Of a DNA stretch of 64,000 nt, positions 54,996-64,000 are shown piece after piece. The notes below the pieces were generated by a model. That model was not told the DNA's origin. It worked only from the letters and a program-made list of their open reading frames with translations, and did no database searches. Each line of letters starts with the position of its first letter. The stretch's first letter is position 1. The position numbers and the translations under genes are program-made. This stretch comes from Octopus vulgaris (Eukaryota): positions 72,478,001-72,542,000 of the forward strand of contig OX597819.1 of the NCBI GenBank assembly GCA_951406725.2, read 5' to 3'.

Positions 54996-55650
54996 ATCTC
55001 TTGTCTTAAGAAAGAAAGGGTTAATAGAAGCCAATATTGTCAGGTAAACTTATGAAGTCCATAAGACGAATATATTTCCACTGAGAACCGAAACCGGATC
55101 CTGCACGTGATTTCCGGACCCTGTTCACCGGATGTTCGCTTTTATCGCATAACATTTCCAGTGGAGATAAACATCAACGCCATGAATGAAGCTTTGTCAT
55201 TTGTCGCATAAACAAATAAATGAAAGAGCAAATTTGTTCACCAGAAGATTGGTCTCTAGTTTCGATTGGGGGCTCTGTCAGTCTGTCTTATTATCTCAAT
55301 GAAAAATAATCCTGTAATGTATTTAAAAACAATGCGATGACAAAGTGTATTGTTAATGAAACAAGTCAGAACGGAACATGTCAGAGTCGAGAAACAATTT
55401 CACTTATTTTTTTGTCTCCGAAATAGAGAGATTGACCTGGCAACAGTGGATTTAATGACCTACATTTCTACAATATCATGGCGCAGTTTAAAAGGTGTTG
55501 TCAGTCATTTTTTTTCGATAGTCACCGAGGGGGAATGTAGTTTCGTTTTGGTTCCCCCCCCCCCCATACACACACACACCTTACTTCGCTCTTGCCTCTC
55601 TTTCTCTCTCACTCACTTTCTCTTTCTCTATCTTTCTCTCTCTCTCTCTT

Positions 55651-55706
<56 letters not shown>

Positions 55707-55855
55707 ACTATCTTCCATCTTTTCCTCCGTCTACCTCATAATCCTACATTTTCTCTCTCCCTCCCTTCCTCAAATTCACTCCCTTACTCACTATCTATCT
55801 ATGTGTATGTATATATATATATGTGTGTGTGTGTGTATGTATGTATGTATATATA

Positions 55856-56225
55856 GCCTTAGGAGTCGCTGTGTGGTAGGTAGCTTGTTTTCCAACCACA
55901 TGGTTCTGGGTTCATTCCCACAGTGTGGCACCTTGGACAAGAGTCTTCTAAATAGCCTCGGGCCGACCAAAGCCTTGTGAGTGGACTTGGTAGACGGAAA
56001 CTGAAAGAAGCCTGTCGTATACACATATATGTATGTGTGTTTGTGTTTGTCCCGCCACCATCGCTTGACAACCGATGGTGGTGTGTTTGCATCCTTTGGC
56101 AAAAGAGAACCGATAGAATAAGTACTGGGTTTACAGAGAATAAGTCCTGGGGTCGATTTGCTCGACTAAAGGCGGTGCTCCAGCATGGCTACAGTCAAAT
56201 GACGGAAACTAGTAAAAGAAAAAAA
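55856..56225 (+). mobile_element. tRNA-headed SINE, family A
   Basis: Matches 14144-14565. Confidence 0.82.
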
Positions 56226-56341
56226 AATTTTTAACATATATATATATATATATATATATGTATATTATATTGTGTGATATTTGATTTAGTATTTCTAAGT
56301 TGAATTTTTTTCCTTGTAAGTATGGATTTTATTCCCTCAAA

Positions 56342-56414
<73 letters not shown>

Positions 56415-56459
56415 GTATGCATGTATGTATGTATGTATGTATGTATGCATGTATGTATG

Positions 56460-56612
56460 TATCGGCTGCTCCCTGAAAAATTTGTGGTCGAGCCTGTGAT
56501 AGCGAAGACCTCCGAAGTTCTCTGCCCCCGGACCATATCCCAGCACATCTCCCTCACCATTCTGCGAGGCATCACCTTTTCCACTTTATCTGCTGGGACC
56601 ATGAGGCCTACT
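56460..56612 (+). mobile_element. Short CRE-clade 3' fragment between microsatellites
   Basis: [28 protein letters not shown] is similar to the C-terminus at 35260-35460. Confidence 0.6.
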
Positions 56613-56630
56613 GACACACATACACACACA

Positions 56631-56686
<56 letters not shown>

Positions 56687-57743
56687 CATTGTGTTGTCCG
56701 GAAAGTTCGTGCTGATATATAGTAGCATACCTTTCGACATATTTTAGAACATGCTTTGTATCCATAAAATAGGATTTTACTACACCTACATTTAGAGCAC
56801 AGTTTAAGCTATCTTTTCGTGGAAGAAGGCTTATGTTCCTATAACCTGCGTTAATTATGTAACCCTTTAAAATGGAAGATAAAAAAGTTCATTTTCGGCA
56901 CTTGATGCTTTTCTTCACAAGCAACCAAAGAAATATGCGCAGTTTACGGTGATGTTTCTTTATCCGAAAGAACTGTACACAAATCGCTACGATGTTTGGG
57001 TAACACATGAGTTGAGTGAGAAGAACCTTTTGGATCGCATTTCTATCTGTGATTCGCTTTATAAACGGAATGAAAACGTGCCTTTTTTAAAGCAAATTGT
57101 GACAGGTCATGAGAAATGGATTATCTACCGAAATGTTCAGAGAAAGCGATCCTGGAGTAAGCGACATGAGCCACCCTTAGCTACCCCAAAAGCGGGTCTT
57201 CACCCTTAAAAAGTATTGCTTTGTGTCTGGTGGGACTGGAAAGGAATTCTGTACTATGAACTTCTCTCAAGTAACCAGACAATTAATTCTGAAAAATACT
57301 ACACACAACTGGACGAGTTAAAAGCAGAAATTCAAGAGAAACGTCCAGAACTGGCCAACAGGAAATGTGGTTTTCCAACATGATAATGCAAGACCGCACG
57401 TTTCTTTGGCAACCAGACAAAAATTGCAGCAGCTCGACTGGGATGTGTTACCCCACCCTCCATATTCACCAGATATTGCCCCTTCGGATTTCCATTTATT
57501 CAGATCTCTGCAGAATAGTCTTAATCGTAAAAATTTCAATTCTTTGGATGACGTAAAAAGATACCTTGATAAATTCTTTGCCATGAAACCACCTTAATTC
57601 TGGGAAGAATTTTCAAGTTAAAGGAAAGATGGAGACGCATTGCGCAAAAAATGGTTCATATTTGGTTGATTAAAAATGTAATGGTTCATATTTGGTTGAT
57701 TATGCTACTATATATCAGCACGAACTTTCCGGACAACCCAATG
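56687..57743 (+). mobile_element. Mariner transposon, internally deleted
   Basis: ~40-bp TIRs (CATTG-GTTGTCCGGAAAGTTCGTGCTGATATATAGTAGCAT), TA TSD; WVTHEL, IVTGHEKW, HDNARPH, YSPDIAPSD motifs. Confidence 0.92.
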
Positions 57744-57820
57744 TATAAATTATACCATTTAGAAAGATTACATATAATTCATTTTTTCATTATTGAATTG
57801 ATAAAAGGTGTTTTTTTCTA

Positions 57821-57855
<35 letters not shown>

Positions 57856-57910
57856 TTTGTGAAATTTGATTTAGTATTTCTAAATTGAATTTTTCCCTCT
57901 AAGTTTGGAA

Positions 57911-58001
<91 letters not shown>

Positions 58002-58017
58002 GTTGTTGTTATTATTA

Positions 58018-58073
<56 letters not shown>

Positions 58074-58110
58074 GTTATTATTATCATTATTATTATTATT
58101 ATTATTATTA

Positions 58111-58180
<70 letters not shown>
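57911..58180. repeat. (ATT)n microsatellite
   Basis: Seen directly; an (AAT)n tract also lies at 38495-38585. Confidence 0.95.
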
Positions 58181-58185
<5 letters not shown>

Positions 58186-58269
58186 CAAATAAGAAAATGG
58201 AGGAACAAATTCATTTTAATCATCAACTTACAGATATTACCATTACCCTCATAACCCCTATCTTACTTT

Positions 58270-58337
<68 letters not shown>

Positions 58338-58461
58338 TATCTATATATATATATCAAAAGAAAAAAAAAATTATTTTCGAATTTTTTTCTCTTATGAGGT
58401 TTTTTCACGCTAACTACCTGATAATTTCTTGTTAAGATTCCTTATTAAGAAGTTATCCTTT

Positions 58462-58538
<77 letters not shown>

Positions 58539-60419
58539 GGCGGCTTCTTTCAGTTTTTATGTGCCAATCCACTCCCAAGGCTTTGGTCGTCCCTGGGTGA
58601 TAATAGAAGACCACTTACCTTAGGTTGCAATGGAACTGAACGTGAACGCATGCGATTGGGAAGTGAACGTCTTACCACACATCCATCCCATCCATGCCCC
58701 CATCTAACGTGTACGTGTGTGTGTCTTCAATATTCTTTTCTTCGCTAGGCACAAGGCCTGAAATTGTGGGGGAGGGGCTAGTCGATTAGATCGACCTCAG
58801 TACGCAACTGGTACTTAATTTATCAACCCCCGAGACGATGAAGGGCAACGTCGACCGCGCCGGAATTTGAACTCAGAACGTAAAGACAGAAAAAAATACC
58901 TATTTCTTTACTACCCACAAGGGGCTAAACACAGAGAGGACAAACAAGGACAGACAAACGGATTAAGTCGATTATATCGACCCCAGTGCGTAACTGGTAC
59001 TTATTTAATCGACCCCGAAAGTATGAAAGGCAAAGTCGACCTCGGCGTAATTTGAACTCACAACGTAACGGCTGACGAAATACCGCTAAGCATTTCGCCC
59101 GGCGTGCTAACGATTCTGCCAGCTCACTTCCTCGGTGTGTCTTCAATATTGACACTCAGAGAAAGATGTTTGACCAAGCTTAAGTGAAACCATCTTCCTT
59201 TTCTCTTTTTAACCGTCAGTTTGCCTCGCTCCTGAGTGCATCCAATCCACATGGCTCGGGGTTCAGTCCCACTGCGTGGCATCTCCGACAAGTGTATTCT
59301 ACTGTAGATTTGGGCTGACCAAAGCCTTGTGAGTGGATTTGATAGATGGAAACTGGAAGAAGCCCGTATGTATGTATGTATGTATGTATGTATGTATGTA
59401 TGTATGTATGTATGTATGTATGTGTATGTATATATGTGTGTGTATGTAAGTATCTTTTTGTGCGTATGTTTGTGTTTGTCCCAGCTCCCTAATGTTTGAC
59501 GAACGGTATTTATTTACGTGTCCGTAATATAGTGGTTCGGTGAAATAGACAGATAGAATAAGTACCACGCTTTAAAATATAAGTCCTGAGATCGATTTGC
59601 TCGTCTGAAACCCTTCGAGGTAATATTAATTTTAGAAAGGGAAGTAACTCCATTATCACTAAATCTAAGTTGCTCCCCTTAGATTGTGAAGAATTATTAA
59701 TCGTGTCTTGAATGTATAGAATTATGTTTTAAAAACAGGGCTTCTCGAACTTTTCACAAAATACGTGCCATTTACTATATTTTCGAAGACAGTCCTCAAT
59801 AAAATGCAGATAATTAGCATGGAAAAAAAATTACATGCATTCGTACCGTAATTTCCGAACTGTGAACCACACTGCCCAGAAAACTACACCTTAATCCACG
59901 CAATACTCCATTGGGATACAATAAATACACATGAAAACATGGGGAATCAGTTGATCAATTGGTTCCAAAACAAATGAGGAACGAAAACAGTCCGAAAATA
60001 TCCCAGCATCCTGTATTAACAACTGAGTTAGACCCATCTTTGCCCATTTAGCTGACAGAAACTGTGGTTCATACACCGGAAACCACGGTATACACACGCA
60101 CATGACTGGTTCTTGAACTTTTGGCATCACCTTCCCCTTTCACCATATTTGGAATGCTATTCTTCCCTATTGTGAGGTCAGTCTTTTTATTGATTATCCA
60201 AGAGATGTATTTCAACCAATTTACCTATTTTCAGCCGAAGAATTTTAATAGCATCCCAATATGTACAGAGGTTTATGTCAATTGGACCACTAGTATGCAC
60301 GGGAATTTTAGTAGAAACACCGTCTTCTCTTCCTTCCCTAAAAGTTTGCCATCCCTTTTCCTGAATCCCTGATACATGACATGACAACAAAAAAATTATA
60401 TAAGAAATTATTTATTCAG

Positions 60420-61180
60420 AAAAGCAGACTGTCGTTTTATTTACAGCAAAGTAACCAACTCTTCTGTGTTCGGCTATTTTGGTGAGGGCAACCTTCATTT
60501 CTGGTGTGACATCCAGTCGATTTCGTGACTTCGTTTTGATGGCAAGTAAAGTTAAAGCGCCGTCTCACGCATATAGGTGGTTGGAAGTGGCATCAGTACT
60601 ATAAGAGCCATTTTTGCGACATCGGGATGTCACCGTGCCGTTTCAATCAAAATGTCAAAACAGCACATTTCACGGGGGGGGACAAAATCAATGAACAGCT
60701 CTTGAATTGAATTGTCTTCTGTTGGAAGATGGCTAACAGAGAGTACAAAGGGGTTCCTGATAAAGAGAAGGTATTTGCCAAAGTCATGAAGATCAGGAAA
60801 ATAAAGAGAATATTTCTGTGCCAAGTATTGTCACGTGTTGTTTCGTGAGTTCAACGATATCTTGTCATCGACTTGAAGCTCGTTTTCATCAATAAACATG
60901 TTTAGTTGAGGAAATGATGCAATGTTCTTTCTATCCAAAGTTCAAGCTTCATTTTGAAGGCAGTTTTCCATGAGAATGAAACATGGTTATATCTTTCTTT
61001 TACAGTGAAAGATTGACGACATTCACCGACTCGAATACGACCAGCAAAAATGCCAAGCAGTTCAGAAAACGAACATTGGAGAATTTGGCGCGCAAATCTG
61101 ACTTGGCATCTTGTAAAAAATCGTGGACTCCTTTTCGTAGAAGGAAGACCCTCTTTGTTGTTTTTCCTCGTTAAGTTCAC
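60420..61180 (-). mobile_element. Decayed hAT (Buster/Charlie-like) transposase fragment
   Basis: AFKMKLELW, YFPDL and IRNPF remnants in the expected order. Confidence 0.6.
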
Positions 61181-62452
61181 ATAAGGCGCCGTCGAGAATC
61201 GAACTCACGGTCGTACAATCGTGACCCAAATACCCTAACCCCTAAACCATGTTCCTTCACTCATAAGTGACTGAGATTGCCAAACTCCACCTCTACAAAA
61301 CAGGACGCCAGTCCTTTGTAGGGTTAACTTCCCAGCTACTATTGCACGTTAATTTCACGAGCAGGCTGTTCCGTTGATTGAATCAACTGGAACACATATC
61401 GCAACCGACTTAGTGCCACTTATACACCACGGAAATCAAATTAAGGGGTCGTGGGAGATTTTTAAGCATAAGCATTCTTTCGGTTTATGATCACAAAATG
61501 GAAGTGGGAAAATTATTGAAATGAATCGGTATTTAAGAAAAGACAGAAATTTTGAAGAAAAACATGTGAAGAATTATAATCTATTTTTAAGTAAGGAATT
61601 CGCTTTTTTTACCTTTTTTTTGTCTTCGAAAAGTGGTTTTAATAGATAGTAGTGAGTTGGTGGCTTAAGTGAAATTGAAAAGCTGCCGTGTGTGCGTGTG
61701 TGTTTTTAGTTCAGATTCATAATATTCTTGTTTTTGAAAACATAGAAATCAAAAGAAGATTTTGGAAAAAAAAGTGTTGAGTGCCTACTGGCCTAGGGGT
61801 CAGGATATAGCACTCATGATCACAAGATTGTGGTTTCGATTCTTGGAGCGGACAGTGCATTTTGGAAAAAAAAGTGTTGAGTGCCTACTGGCCTAGGGGT
61901 CAGGATATAGCACTCATGATCACAAGATTGTGGTTTCGATTCTTGGAGCGGACAGTGCGTGGTGTTCTTGGGCAAAATACTTCACTTTGCTGCAGTCCAC
62001 TCAGTTGTAAATGAGTGATAAAATGACAACCCATTCAAAGGGAAATGTTCTGACCCGGGTCACTTACATGCAATGGAAACTGTGTAACGAGACTGAAATG
62101 TCTAGGAGAGATGGTGATGGTGGTGATAATGATGACGATGGTGCTAGTGGTTAGGGTATTTGGTCTGACTACCTGGTCCAAGAATGTAACCCATGACCTT
62201 GCCATCATGAATGCATCACCCTGATCACTAGACCATGTACTTTTATGCAAAAATCCGAAAAACCTCGTAAATATTCTATACAAGGGAAGTTGTGAGCTTT
62301 CTTTTTCAATCCTTATAAGTTCGATTCTTGACTAGGTTGATACGTCCGCCTTGGTATTGCCAAATACTGTCAATACTTCCATATTCATTTTACGTTCATA
62401 ATCCGAAAGACTACCTTGACTTGTCCAACACCTCGGCAAAGAAAGAAAACTA

Positions 62453-63092
62453 GGTGCTACTTTGGCGTGTGATCTACAACTTAAATGGCGAATACTTTAA
62501 GTTAGTTTTTAGTTTACGTTTCAAATTCTAAAAACTCTTAAGATGTTCTTGCGTTTCCTGCAGATATTCGCTCAATTCATCGATAAAATTATTCAAATTT
62601 GTATTTCATCTTTATTATTAAATTACTGTTCAATTTTATAATAAATTCTTTTGTACATACTCAGCATTGTAAATGCACTTTTCAAAATTATTATTATTTT
62701 CATAATAATAATGAATCCATGTTTTATTTAAGTCTAAGAAAATAATGATAAGAAACCAAGAAAAAAAAATAACAATAATTAAGATAAACGCGTAAATCAT
62801 ACGAATTTAGTAGCCGCGAGTTTCGCAACTTAAAATTGGCAAAATGTCACCGTTTTTCCGTTTTCTTCGAGCTTCCTTCATTTCTCTACCATTACCATGA
62901 CAAGGTGCAACATTTGCTTCATCATCGAAAAGGCCATTTCTTCGTAAAATTGCAACTGCTTTCGTCTCGTCGCTGATCAAATTGTAAAATCTTTAAACAA
63001 CATCGTAAGTGTTTTTAGAAATTGAAAATAAACAAAAAAGTAACCCAAAGTAATCTCCCTTTAAATTGTAGATCACACGCCAAAGTAGCACC
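62453..63092 (-). mobile_element. Merlin-like DNA transposon deletion derivative
   Basis: 33-bp TIRs GGTGCTACTTTGGCGTGTGATCTACAA-TTAAA; minus-strand remnant DETKAVAILRRNGLF..PCHG..EM resembles an IS1595/Merlin N-terminus. No clear TSD. Confidence 0.65.
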
Positions 63093-64000
63093 AAATAAGG
63101 AATATAAGGCAAGGAGCTGGCAGACTCGTTATCACGCCGAGCCAAATGCTTAGCGGCATTTCATCCGTCTTTACGTTTTGAGTTCAAATTCCGCCGAGGG
63201 CGACTTTGACGAATGTTACTGTAATTTAGCCCCAGGAAAACATCGTCCCCAACTGGCTATACGACACGATCAGTGTCCTTAGGACGAATGTTGCTGTAAT
63301 TTAGCCATGTTATGCCGGAAAATAATCTTTACTCTAAAATACTGTTGCTGAATATCTCTTGTTGAGAGATTTACAAATAGTAATTTTCCAATAAAAAAGT
63401 TATCAAAGAGAAAGGTGGGATGTGCGACCTAAGTTTGGAACTGGTTCCAAGTTCAGTCCCACTGCATGGCACTTTGCACAAGTGTCTCCTACTATAGTTG
63501 TGGGCCGATCAAAGACTCGACAGTGGATTTGGCAGACGGAAACTGAAAGAATACCGTGTGTATGTGTGTGTGTGTTTCCGTCTGTGTTTGTCCCCCACAA
63601 TCGCTTGACAATCGGCGTTGATGTGGTTACATCCTCATAACATAGCGGTTAGGCAAACGAGATTGATAGAAAAAGTTTAGTTTTTAAAAAATAAAAGGAT
63701 TAGTGTCGATTCATTTGACTAAAAATTCTTAAAGACTGTGCTCCAGTACGACCGCAATCTGAAAACTGTTAAGGGGAAATAAATGCTACATTCTGCTTTG
63801 AAGAGTTATTTCCCTTTATTTTCTTTTTTTTACGATGTTTTAGTGCATGGCTTCATATTTTGTTGGAAGCTATACATACCCGATTAAATCGACCCAGTAC
63901 TTTACTGGGTCCAACTAAAGCGTTTCACCCGAGCCAAAACTAAATAATAGTGTAATAGGTGTACAACATGTAGTAAACGAATATGAAAAAAAATGCGCAC

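Noticed and set aside
54720-55047. Poly-Leu and poly-Glu/Gly/Arg ORFs
   Set aside because: Translation of the (GAA)n/(GGA)n tract.

Overview
AT-rich, microsatellite-dense eukaryotic intergenic or intronic DNA; the repeat families suggest a coleoid cephalopod (Octopus-like; inferred, not searched). No intact host gene is supported, and most ORFs in the track are translated microsatellites. The window is a nested mosaic of decayed TEs: three tRNA-headed SINE families; L1/Tx1, CR1-group, RTE, R4-like and CRE LINE fragments; a Penelope-like element (PLE) with RT and GIY-YIG remnants; mariner, maT, pogo, hAT and Merlin DNA transposons; and non-autonomous Helitrons/Helentrons. The main hidden signal is about 12 loci with type I hammerhead ribozyme (HHR) motifs from many unrelated families, mostly in or near (AT)n tracts and often inside fold-back inverted repeats typical of PLE pseudo-LTRs. 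Two loci join a tRNA-like Pol III head to an HHR-bearing pseudo-LTR, a candidate PLE-mobilised ribozyme SINE. Most boundaries are approximate, read by eye.
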